Shown here one piece after another: positions 1-8,410 of a DNA stretch of 64,000 nt (its first letter is position 1; every line of letters starts with the position of its first letter). Below the pieces are notes generated by a model. That model ran no database searches and was not told the DNA's origin. It was given only the letters and a program-made list of their open reading frames with translations. Source of the DNA: an uncultured Lachnospiraceae bacterium (GTDB lineage: Bacteria > Bacillota > Clostridia > Lachnospirales > Lachnospiraceae); assembly GCA_949893755.1 (NCBI GenBank), contig CATLCV010000001.1:57091-121090 (forward strand), written 5' to 3'. The translations under genes were made by a program, and so were the position numbers.

Positions 1-435
1 GACGCGTCACGGATTGCGGAAATATTAGTTTTTACCAAAAGGATGAATTACCGGCACATTTTTCAGGATGATAAGGGTTCCTTTGGAGAACTCCAGGTTC
101 TTCCCCTGGCACAGAGCTATCTCGCAGATCCGAAGAAGCTGGAACATATCTGGGTCTATGATGAGGAGGAGATCGTCAAAGGAATGATCCACATAGAGCA
201 GGATTGGATCGAGGACTTGTATGTGGATCATTTTTTTCATCATGCGGGGATCGGCGCACAGCTCATTGAATTTGCAATACAAAGATACCGCGTCCGGTAT
301 CTGTGGGTACTGGAAAAAAATCACGGAGCCATCCGGTTTTATCAGTCCCACGGATTTTCACAGACACAGGAGCGCAGGCTGCAGGAGGGGACAGCGGAAT
401 GGCTGATCAAAATGGAACGGCTGCTCCCTATCTGA
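1..435 (+). CDS. GNAT family N-acetyltransferase (5' truncated by window edge)
   Basis: Frame is open from base 1 (DASRIAEILVFTKRMNYR). Acetyl-CoA motif LYVD..FHHAGIGAQLI and C-terminal LWVLEKNHGAIRFYQSHGF. Confidence 0.85.
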   Translation, partial: DASRIAEILVFTKRMNYRHIFQDDKGSFGELQVLPLAQSYLADPKKLEHIWVYDEEEIVKGMIHIEQDWIEDLYVDHFFHHAGIGAQLIEFAIQRYRVRYLWVLEKNHGAIRFYQSHGFSQTQERRLQEGTAEWLIKMERLLPI

Positions 436-1108
436 TATGCTCCCACACTGCGTCTGCCTCCAGGAGCTTCTCAGGAGGGCACACCAGCGCCCTCCCCAAA
501 GCTGCAACAGTACTGATCGATGCATGATTCATATTCTTCTGACGCTGCTCATACTGCTGAATCGTGCGAAGCGGCACCCCTGAGGCTTCTGCCAGCTCCC
601 TTTGGCTCATGCCGGCATCCATTCGGTATCGCTTTAGATTTGTCTCTTTCTTTCTCGCCCGGAGTAATTCATTCATTCGGTCACAAAACTGCTGTATATC
701 CATCTCATGATAAGGATGATACATCCTCACGATCTCCTGAATCGGCACATACGTATTGATCTCCTGGTATCCAAGCCCTGTTCTCCACTGATAATATGCC
801 AGTGCCCACCCCGCCCAATACTCCGGGCTTCGCTCCATCGGACAGGATACCTCCATACGCACTTCCCACTTCTCCTTCCCCTGGCTTCTTACAATATAGT
901 CTATGACATCATAGGCTGTTTCCACACCGGACTTTCCCGCGATCGTTGCAGAGTCCCCCCGTTCAAACCGTCCCGCAGTCCCGGATTCGATAAACATCTG
1001 AAAAAAAAGTTCTATGTTATACTTTAACTCATGAACCGCGAAATCCAGCATTCTCCCCATGGATATTCTCGCCTTGTCCAAATATAGCCTATCGTAAGCG
1101 CATATCAT
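428..1108 (-). CDS. Protein with uncharacterised N-terminal domain and C-terminal XRE/Cro-C1 helix-turn-helix
   Basis: C-terminus NLKRYRMDAGMSQRELAEASGVPLRTIQQYEQ is a classic XRE HTH. Overlaps the upstream gene by 20 nt. Confidence 0.8.
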   Translation of the reverse strand: MICAYDRLYLDKARISMGRMLDFAVHELKYNIELFFQMFIESGTAGRFERGDSATIAGKSGVETAYDVIDYIVRSQGKEKWEVRMEVSCPMERSPEYWAGWALAYYQWRTGLGYQEINTYVPIQEIVRMYHPYHEMDIQQFCDRMNELLRARKKETNLKRYRMDAGMSQRELAEASGVPLRTIQQYEQRQKNMNHASISTVAALGRALVCPPEKLLEADAVWEHIR

Positions 1109-1766
1109 CTGCTCTCATCTCCTCATCAATCATAGAGATTACATAAAGGTCACCTTTCTGGTAACGATTCTTGTCCATATCAAAGTAATCTCTCCTTGCT
1201 TTCCGATCCCTGTGCTCCTTTTTCGGATACCATATCGTCTTCTCCGCCGGCTCGGCTCCCACATATTCCAACCGTTCAAATGCGCGCTCACTTTTCACCA
1301 CAAACTGCCTGCCCAGCTTCCCCAGGTGCATTGCCTGATTCAACTGCCGATAGGAAATGGTTCCATTCAGAAAATCCTGCGCAAACGAGAAATAACTGTC
1401 GTCCGCCCGGTAACCTGTGATAATATCATATTCCTTATATGGTACATGAAATGTTCTTCTTATATATGATCTGGCTTCCCTGGCCAACGGCGATGGTAAG
1501 TCAAATTCCCGATTCTCCAGCAGAATACTCAGCCAGTGCAGAATCGTCCACTCGTTTGCTGTCAGGTCCAGAATCATCAGATCTGCACATTCGATCACAT
1601 AATGATTGGCATATCCGTTCCGTTCGGCATCCACTGCCCATTCCATTGCCAGATCCGTTTCCTCCGTGCAGTAGAAGCCCAGTCCATAGTCATTATAAGG
1701 CTTTCCCCTGCCGAACATTGGTTTTCGGATCACATCCGCTGATCCATGATATATATTCTTTTTCAT
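1089..1766 (-). CDS. DUF3990-family protein (ADP-ribosyltransferase-like motifs)
   Basis: N-terminal IYHGS...KPYNDYGLGFYCT...AMEWA and YDIITGYRADD typical of DUF3990. ATG at 1766 with GGGGA upstream (alternative start 1781). Confidence 0.75.
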   Translation of the reverse strand: MKKNIYHGSADVIRKPMFGRGKPYNDYGLGFYCTEETDLAMEWAVDAERNGYANHYVIECADLMILDLTANEWTILHWLSILLENREFDLPSPLAREARSYIRRTFHVPYKEYDIITGYRADDSYFSFAQDFLNGTISYRQLNQAMHLGKLGRQFVVKSERAFERLEYVGAEPAEKTIWYPKKEHRDRKARRDYFDMDKNRYQKGDLYVISMIDEEMRADDMRLR

Positions 1767-1982
1767 ACGAATTCCCCGCATTCATAATATAGGATCCGCC
1801 CGTCAAAAGGTCTCACTTCCCTTGCCGGCCGCAAAGCGGCATAATTCCTTATGCGGCTGTGCGCATCACATGATACTGATCTCCGGATTTATCTTATGCT
1901 CCATACATTATACTCCCACAGGAGTATGATTTCAATATTTATATTTCGCATTGAAGAAAGTAAAGTTTATCTGCAAAAAATG

Positions 1983-2011
1983 TTGACATTCCATTTTAAG
2001 CGTACTATAAT
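1983..2011 (+). promoter_or_regulatory. Sigma-A promoter of rplM-rpsI
   Basis: Perfect TTGACA-N17-TATAAT. Confidence 0.85.
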
Positions 2012-2017
2012 ATTACA

Positions 2018-2075
2018 GCGTGAAAACGGGAGAAACAGTATGCGCCAAAGCCCCGGAGTATGCTGATTTCATATA
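2018..2075 (+). ncRNA. Probable L13 ribosomal protein leader
   Basis: 5' UTR of rplM with AGCCCCGG core flanked by complementary CAGTAT/ATGCTG arms, as in Firmicute L13 leaders. Boundaries approximate. Confidence 0.5.
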
Positions 2076-2126
2076 AAAACAGATATTATAATGAGAGATT
2101 AACAGAAAATAACAGGAGGAACCCCC

Positions 2127-2555
2127 ATGAAAACTTATATGGCTAATCCAGACAAGATTGAGAGAAAATGGTATGTGGTTGACGCTGAAGGCTGCACATT
2201 AGGACGTCTTGCTTCCGAAGTCGCAAAGGTACTGAGAGGCAAGAACAAGCCGGAATTCACCCCACATGTTGATACAGGCGATTATGTAGTAGTCGTAAAT
2301 GCAGAGAAGGTAAAAGTAACAGGCAAGAAGCAGCAGCAGAAGATCTACTACAATCATTCCGAGTATGTAGGCGGAATGAGAGAGACCACTCTGGCAGAGA
2401 TGATGCAGAAGAAGCCGGAGAAGGTAGTGGAACTGGCAGTCAAAGGAATGCTTCCGAAGGGACCTTTGGGAAGGGCAATGATTAAGAAGCTTCATGTATA
2501 TGCTGGTCCGGAGCATGCTCAGCAGGCTCAGAAGCCAGAAGCATTGACATTTTAA
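2127..2555 (+). CDS. rplM: 50S ribosomal protein L13
   Basis: [33 protein letters not shown]; AGGAGG RBS. Confidence 0.99.
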   Translation: MKTYMANPDKIERKWYVVDAEGCTLGRLASEVAKVLRGKNKPEFTPHVDTGDYVVVVNAEKVKVTGKKQQQKIYYNHSEYVGGMRETTLAEMMQKKPEKVVELAVKGMLPKGPLGRAMIKKLHVYAGPEHAQQAQKPEALTF

Positions 2556-2581
2556 GGAAAGGTTGAAAGGAGGACATTACA

Positions 2582-2974
2582 GTGGCTAATGCAAAATATT
2601 ACGGAACAGGAAGAAGAAAAAAATCTATCGCAAGAGTATACCTGGTACCTGGTACAGGTAAGATCACTATAAATAAAAGAGATATCGATGATTATCTGAG
2701 TCTGGAGACACTGAAGGTTGTAGTTCGTCAGCCGCTCGTTGCGACAGATACGACAGATAAGTTCGATGTTCTTGTCAACGTACACGGAGGCGGCTACACC
2801 GGACAGGCCGGAGCGATCCGTCACGGCATCTCCCGCGCTCTGCTCGAGGCAGATCCGGAGTACAGACCGATCCTCAAAAAAGCCGGCTACCTGACCCGTG
2901 ACCCGAGAATGAAGGAAAGAAAGAAATACGGTCTCAAAGCGGCTCGTAGAGCACCACAGTTCAGCAAGAGATAA
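2582..2974 (+). CDS. rpsI: 30S ribosomal protein S9
   Basis: [45 protein letters not shown]; GTG start. Confidence 0.99.
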   Translation: MANAKYYGTGRRKKSIARVYLVPGTGKITINKRDIDDYLSLETLKVVVRQPLVATDTTDKFDVLVNVHGGGYTGQAGAIRHGISRALLEADPEYRPILKKAGYLTRDPRMKERKKYGLKAARRAPQFSKR

Positions 2975-3004
2975 GCAGTTATCTGCGAACAGAAAAGTAT
3001 ATGG

Positions 3005-3039
3005 AAAAGCCCGGAATGCTTGCATTCAAGGGCTTTTTT
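3005..3039 (+). terminator. Rho-independent terminator after rpsI
   Basis: AAAAGCCC..GAATGC-T-TGCATTC..GGGCTTTTTT stem-loop with U-tract. Confidence 0.75.
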
Positions 3040-3059
3040 ATATACTTTTCTGTTCATTG

Positions 3060-3114
3060 GAACGCAAGAATGACCGAGATGCAGCGCAGCGGAATCGAGG
3101 TGATTCTTGTGTTC
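3060..3114. repeat. REP-like intergenic palindrome
   Basis: GAACGCAAGAAT...ATTCTTGTGTTC arms around a GCAGCGCAGCGG centre. Confidence 0.5.
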
Positions 3115-3185
3115 GCAGATAACGTCCCCTCTCTACAGAAGTACAGTATAGAATCCTCTTGGAATACTTGTATTTCAGAGCCTTT

Positions 3186-4067
3186 TTATATATTCCTGCT
3201 CCGATCTTTCCGATATTCAAAAAACTCCGTCAAAAATTCATAAAAATCAATCACATTCTGACTGTCCATCTTATTCCTGTTATAGTTAATGATAATATCT
3301 CTCTGGCAGACCGGACCCTCGATCTTCAAAAGCCTTACCTGCTCATTTTCAATACTCCCCCAGGTAAATTCCGGCCAGAAACCGATCCCCATATTCGCTG
3401 CGATCATATTCTTCACGGCAGACGGAGTGTCGCTCTCAAAAATAATCCTCGGCGTAAACCCCGCATGCTGGCAAAACCGGTCACAGATATAGCGAAACTC
3501 CCGGGATCCCAAAAGACTGATGAACCCCTCTTCCGCCGCTTCCTCCAGGCAGACAGACTCCCGATCCTTATATTTTCCCTTCCTTGGCACGGCCAGGTAG
3601 ATCTCTTCCGCACAGGTAAAGCTGTTCTCCTCATTCACGGCCTGATAGAAGAGCTTTGTCTTCACGGCAATATCATAAAGCTCACTCTCCGAATTCTGCT
3701 GCAGTTGAAAATGAATATCCTCATGGTCCTTTTTATATTCTATGATCGCTTCCATGACAAGTCCTGACGCTGCCAGAACATTCATGTGGATCGTCTCGCT
3801 CTCCAAAGCGACCATCATCTTAAGCTGCTCTGGAATATCGTCAAACTGCGCCATCAGCGGTTCCAGCTTTTTCTGCAGATACTTCCCGTACTCTGTCAGC
3901 ACAATATTCCTGCCCTTTGCCGTAAATAACGGAACTCCCAGGTCATTCTCCAGCCGCCGGATGGCCTGGGTCAGCGCAGGCTGTGTAATGTGCAGGTTCT
4001 TCGCGCTGTTCGTCATATGCTTCGTATTCGCTACCTCCAGAAAATACCGTATCTGCATCAATTCCAT
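3186..4067 (-). CDS. LysR family transcriptional regulator
   Basis: MELMQIRYFLEVA..HMTNSAKNLHITQPALTQAIRRLENDLGVPLF HTH plus substrate-binding domain. Confidence 0.95.
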   Translation of the reverse strand: MELMQIRYFLEVANTKHMTNSAKNLHITQPALTQAIRRLENDLGVPLFTAKGRNIVLTEYGKYLQKKLEPLMAQFDDIPEQLKMMVALESETIHMNVLAASGLVMEAIIEYKKDHEDIHFQLQQNSESELYDIAVKTKLFYQAVNEENSFTCAEEIYLAVPRKGKYKDRESVCLEEAAEEGFISLLGSREFRYICDRFCQHAGFTPRIIFESDTPSAVKNMIAANMGIGFWPEFTWGSIENEQVRLLKIEGPVCQRDIIINYNRNKMDSQNVIDFYEFLTEFFEYRKDRSRNI

Positions 4068-4389
4068 GTTGACACCCTCCTCTCACATATGAATAGAATA
4101 TTGCCCAGGCACATCCCATTATGTCCATTCGGCCGTTTTACAGTGTACACCCTTTGGATTTTGTTTTCATCACGACACAAAATTTTAACCATTCCATAAT
4201 ATAAACATTATCATTTTCATAAATATTATATATTAGACATAATCAAACGTCAATGCTAAACTATACTCGAACGATGAAACAAGAATGATGCAGAAGGGCA
4301 CATGCCGAAACCTGAAATCAAAAAGTCCAATCCTACCCGGCAAGCCTTTTTTGCACAGAGCTTTCAAAAGGAAAGAGAGGAAATGAAAA

Positions 4390-5418
4390 ATGGCCGAACT
4401 TTTAGAGTCCACCATGCTGATCTGCTTTGGATTATCCTGGCCCATGAATCTTGCCAAGAACATCAAAGCCAAATCAGCCAGAAACATGAGCATCCAGTTT
4501 ATACTGCTTATCATCACGGGATACATCGCAGGAATCTCGGCAAAGATCTACAGCCACAGGTTCAATTATGTATTAGTTGTGTATCTCTTAAACCTGATCG
4601 TCGTATCCGCCAATGTCATTGTCTACATGATTAATACCCGTTACGACAGGCAGGCACAGGCGGCAAACGTCAAGCTTAGCAGGCAGATATCAGGACACAC
4701 AGGCAGCACGGAAACAGGCATTGCAGAAGCATCTGCAGAAAATGCCCATACCTCTAACCCCTTCCAACCATCCATGCATGAACAAGGAGATGATGAAATG
4801 CAGACTTATCGTGAACTTAACAGTATTACAGAAGCAGGCGGCGTTGTACTTTTTGGATCCAACACATTTGCTTCCCTTCCGGTCGGGGAGCTCTCACAGG
4901 CTTTCCGTATCACGGAGCCCATTTACAACCGAAGCGTCAAGGACATTCGGATCGACCAGATCGAACGTTACCTGAAGGTCTGCCTGTACGACCTGAATCC
5001 GCGTAAAATCTTTGTAAATATGGGAGATGTGGATATCCGGGATGAAAATGTAGACGTAGACAATTTTATTTCCAAATATGAATGGCTGCTCTATATGATT
5101 CATACAAAGACACAGGCCTCCATCTATATCGTGCCAATTGTATCCAAAAGCCCGGCCGCATTCAAGATCAATCAGCGCCTGAAAGCATTGGCCGCACAGA
5201 CCGGATGCAAATGCATTGATATCTCCGGTGTGTTTGAATCCAATCGTCCTACCCTCCGGCTGTTCGAATTGATGAAGGTGCATATGCGCAATCACCCGAT
5301 CAACTTTGCAGACGCGATGGAGGTCGGCACCCTCAGCAACCGGGTCATCGAAGATGTTCCCAACGACGGACAGCCCTCCGCGGCACCTGGAAAAGAGGTT
5401 GTCTACGCAAAGCATTAG
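4390..5418 (+). CDS. PQ-loop/SemiSWEET-like 3-TM domain fused to degenerate SGNH-like domain
   Basis: N-terminal MLICFGLSWP..IKAKSARNMS with 3 hydrophobic helices, polar linker, then VVLFGSN / IYNRSV / PRKIFVNMGDVD SGNH-like blocks. Confidence 0.65.
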   Translation: MAELLESTMLICFGLSWPMNLAKNIKAKSARNMSIQFILLIITGYIAGISAKIYSHRFNYVLVVYLLNLIVVSANVIVYMINTRYDRQAQAANVKLSRQISGHTGSTETGIAEASAENAHTSNPFQPSMHEQGDDEMQTYRELNSITEAGGVVLFGSNTFASLPVGELSQAFRITEPIYNRSVKDIRIDQIERYLKVCLYDLNPRKIFVNMGDVDIRDENVDVDNFISKYEWLLYMIHTKTQASIYIVPIVSKSPAAFKINQRLKALAAQTGCKCIDISGVFESNRPTLRLFELMKVHMRNHPINFADAMEVGTLSNRVIEDVPNDGQPSAAPGKEVVYAKH

Positions 5419-5449
5419 TATGAAACAATGAAAATCTAATAGACAAATT

Positions 5450-5490
5450 TAGTCCCCTCCGCGTGTTTTACATGCAGATGGGGACTATTT
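5450..5490. terminator. Terminator between convergent genes
   Basis: TAGTCCCC...GGGGACTATTT stem-loop. Confidence 0.6.
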
Positions 5491-5562
5491 CATTCCGCTC
5501 ATTTTCTTATAGATATCTCCGCGAAAGGTCATCATCAGAAAGTCCAGGCGGTTCTTTCATGT

Positions 5563-6774
5563 CTAACAGAATAATATGATCAGCTGCGACGCCAGCACCA
5601 CCGCGATCAGCGCGATCGGATAGGTCGCCGCATAGGCAGCCGCGATATCCTCCGTACCGGCCATGTTGATCAGCGTACCAAGGGCCGGTGTGCTCGTCAT
5701 ACCTCCGGTCAGTGAACCAAGGTTGTTGAGCAGGGGCAGCTTTAAGATGTTCTTCGCCACGATAAATCCAATGATCATCGGAAGGATCGTCATGATCGCT
5801 CCATAGAGGAAATACACCGGTTCAAAGTACTGTACAAACTTCGCGCCGCCGGATACTCCCGCCCCGATCAGGAACAGCATCAGTCCCAGCTCCCGGAGCA
5901 TCTTTAAGGTAGAATTTTTCGGGACGATGGATATCTTTCCGGCGTGTCCGTAGTGTCCGAACACAAGAGCCGTCAGAAGGCAGCCTCCTGTGGTAGTCAG
6001 CGAAAAGTTCCTGTAGCTGAGGCTTCCCACCAGGATTCCAACAATTGCCGCCAGCGAAAAAGCGAAAAATCCAAATTCATCTACTTCTGTCAGGATCAGG
6101 CTGTTCTTTTTTCTGCCTTCGCCTTCCTTTGCGGTAATCTTGGCCACTTCTTCATTCATGTTCGCTTTCATGATCTTCGGAACGATCTGCACAAACAGGA
6201 CCACGCCGACCACACCAAACAGATAGGAGATCCCATACCCTACGGATACCAGCGCTTCCAGATCCAGGCCGACAGCCGCTTTGGATGCGGAAAATGCAGG
6301 CGTACTGGTCAGTGCTCCGGAAAGCAGGCCCACCATGATCGCACGGAACTGCTCGTGATCCAGATCCGTAAAATTGGAACCGATCAGAATACATGCGACG
6401 CAGGTAACTGCCGCAGCAAGAATGATCACAGCACCCAGCAGAACATAGGATTTGAAATTCCGTTTCAGGTTTCCGAAAAAGTTCGGCCCCGCTATAAAAC
6501 CGACAGAGGTCACGAAGAAGATCAGTCCCATATTTTCCACGATTTTCAGTGCGTCTGTAGCAAAGGTCGTCTCACCCGCCATCAGGTTGTCCGACAGTTT
6601 TGTGTACAGCAGGCATCCGTAAACCAGAGCGATGATAAATACTCCGGCCGTTCCCAGGTTGATCCCTTTTACGGTGATCTTACCGACCGCATACCCGATG
6701 GCCGCGATCGCAAAGACCGAAAATGTAAGAAATACTACAGCCTTTACTGCCAATATTCCTCCAAATAACTCCAT
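5563..6774 (-). CDS. AspT/YidE/YbjL (AAEx) family transporter, candidate dicarboxylate/succinate exporter
   Basis: Duplicated motifs GLLSGALTSTPA and GSLTGGMTSTPALG...YAATYP; multi-TM; no TrkA-C domains. Confidence 0.85.
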   Translation of the reverse strand: MELFGGILAVKAVVFLTFSVFAIAAIGYAVGKITVKGINLGTAGVFIIALVYGCLLYTKLSDNLMAGETTFATDALKIVENMGLIFFVTSVGFIAGPNFFGNLKRNFKSYVLLGAVIILAAAVTCVACILIGSNFTDLDHEQFRAIMVGLLSGALTSTPAFSASKAAVGLDLEALVSVGYGISYLFGVVGVVLFVQIVPKIMKANMNEEVAKITAKEGEGRKKNSLILTEVDEFGFFAFSLAAIVGILVGSLSYRNFSLTTTGGCLLTALVFGHYGHAGKISIVPKNSTLKMLRELGLMLFLIGAGVSGGAKFVQYFEPVYFLYGAIMTILPMIIGFIVAKNILKLPLLNNLGSLTGGMTSTPALGTLINMAGTEDIAAAYAATYPIALIAVVLASQLIILFC

Positions 6775-6856
6775 GTCTTATGACTCCCTTCTGTATACTA
6801 TACTAAAAGACAGCAAGCCGCCAGCGGCCCGCTGTCTGCACGAAACTCTACAATGA

Positions 6857-7417
6857 TTATTTATGCTCTTCCAGATAAGCAGCCCGTCCGCTCTCGTACA
6901 GGTTATTTCCCTCGCTGTCGATGATGACAACCAGCGGCATATCCTCTACATAAAGCTTTCTCAGCGCTTCCGCACCCAGATCCTCATAGGCGATCAGCTC
7001 TGCCTTTTTGATGCATTTTGCAAGCAGCGCGCCTGCTCCGCCGATGGCGCCGAAGTAAACGCCGGAATACTTCTTCATCGCGTCAATCACTTCCGGAAGG
7101 CGTGCGCCTTTTCCGATCATGCCGCGCGCGCCCACAGACATCATGGTCGGCGCATAGGCATCCATACGGCCGCTGGTGGTCGGTCCCGCGGAACCGATGA
7201 CCTGTCCCGGTTTTGCCGGAGTCGGCCCTACATAGTAGATGGTCGCGTCTGTCGGGTCAAACGGGATCTCTTCGCCCTTTGCCAGAGCCTCGCACATCCT
7301 CTTGTGGCCCGCGTCACGGGATGTATAGATCGTTCCTGTCACAAGGACGCTGTCGCCTGCGTGCAGTGTCTTTGCAAGTTCCTCTGTCAATGGTAATGTA
7401 ATCTTTTTTGCTGCCAT
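6857..7417 (-). CDS. Class I fumarate hydratase, beta subunit (Fe-S hydro-lyase)
   Basis: GTIYTSRDAGHKR, YYVGPTP, SAGPTTSGRMD, MIGKG. Confidence 0.93.
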   Translation of the reverse strand: MAAKKITLPLTEELAKTLHAGDSVLVTGTIYTSRDAGHKRMCEALAKGEEIPFDPTDATIYYVGPTPAKPGQVIGSAGPTTSGRMDAYAPTMMSVGARGMIGKGARLPEVIDAMKKYSGVYFGAIGGAGALLAKCIKKAELIAYEDLGAEALRKLYVEDMPLVVIIDSEGNNLYESGRAAYLEEHK

Positions 7418-7418
7418 C

Positions 7419-8261
7419 TTAGATCACCTCCGATTTATGACGTGTTACATGGCAGTTGATATTCACTGCGCATGGCATGCCTGCAATATGGGTTGGCAGT
7501 GTCTCAATATTCAGTCCGATGGCTGTGGTCTTTCCTCCGAAGCCCTGAGGTCCGATCCCCAGCTTGTTGATCTTCTCCAGCATCTCCTTTTCCAGGTCTG
7601 CATAGAACGGATCCGGATTGGAGGAGTCGATGGGGCGCATCAATGCCTTCTTCGCAAGAAGGGCAGCCTTGTCAAAGGTTCCGCCGATTCCTACGCCGAC
7701 TACCATCGGCGGGCAGGGATTCGGTCCTGCGGTCTCTACAACCTCCAGGATGAAGTCCTTGATCCCCTGCAGGCCATGAGACGGCTTGAACATGCGGATC
7801 TGGCTCATATTCTCACTTCCGAAGCCCTTCGGTCCTACCGTGATCTTGATCTGCTCACCCGGAACGATCTCTGTGTAGAGCATTGCAGGTGTATTGTCGC
7901 CTGTATTTCCGCGGCGCACCGGATCCTTTACAACGGATTTCCTGAGATACCCCTTGTCATAGCCGCGGCGCACACCCTCGTCAACCGCTTCTGCAAGGCT
8001 GCCGCCTGTCAGATGCACATCCTGTCCGATCTCTAAAAATACGCATGCCATGCCGGTATCCTGACAGATCGGCACGCACTCGCTGTCCGCGATCTCGAAG
8101 TTCTCGATGATATTGTCCAGAACGCCCTTTGCGATCTCTCCGTCCTCACAGGCACGGCAGTCCTTGATCGCACATTTCACATCTTCCGGAAGATGCTCAT
8201 TTGCTTCGATGCAAAGCTTTTCTACGACGTCCGTAATCTTGCTTACTTCTATCTCTCGCAT
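7419..8261 (-). CDS. Class I fumarate hydratase, alpha subunit
   Basis: PICQDTG, GYLRKSVV, KGFGSEN, NPCPP..VGVGIGG, GIGPQGFGG, NCH. Confidence 0.93.
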   Translation of the reverse strand: MREIEVSKITDVVEKLCIEANEHLPEDVKCAIKDCRACEDGEIAKGVLDNIIENFEIADSECVPICQDTGMACVFLEIGQDVHLTGGSLAEAVDEGVRRGYDKGYLRKSVVKDPVRRGNTGDNTPAMLYTEIVPGEQIKITVGPKGFGSENMSQIRMFKPSHGLQGIKDFILEVVETAGPNPCPPMVVGVGIGGTFDKAALLAKKALMRPIDSSNPDPFYADLEKEMLEKINKLGIGPQGFGGKTTAIGLNIETLPTHIAGMPCAVNINCHVTRHKSEVI

Positions 8262-8291
8262 AACTTAATCTCCTTCTTTATATTCACGGCA

Positions 8292-8390
8292 GGGCTGTCG
8301 GGAACTGATTTTTCTCACTCGAAATATTGCCACCTGTACGGTTGGATGCTCTAAAGAGCCTCCAACCGACTCATCCCTTCCCGACACCCC
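8292..8390. repeat. Structured intergenic element (nested inverted repeats)
   Basis: Outer TGTCGGGAA/TTCCCGACA arms, inner CGGTTGGA.GCTCT-AA-AGAGC.TCCAACCG hairpin. Confidence 0.55.
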
Positions 8391-8410
8391 ATTCCTAATA
8401 CTGCTATCGA

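Noticed and set aside
2960-3185. ICE/prophage integration at the rpsI 3' end (a known hotspot)
   Set aside because: No integrase follows, and no repeat of the rpsI end was noticed in the window.
4289-4354. Riboswitch in the leader of the PQ-loop fusion gene
   Set aside because: Only an imperfect stem (TGCCG/CGGCA plus flanks); no recognisable aptamer consensus.
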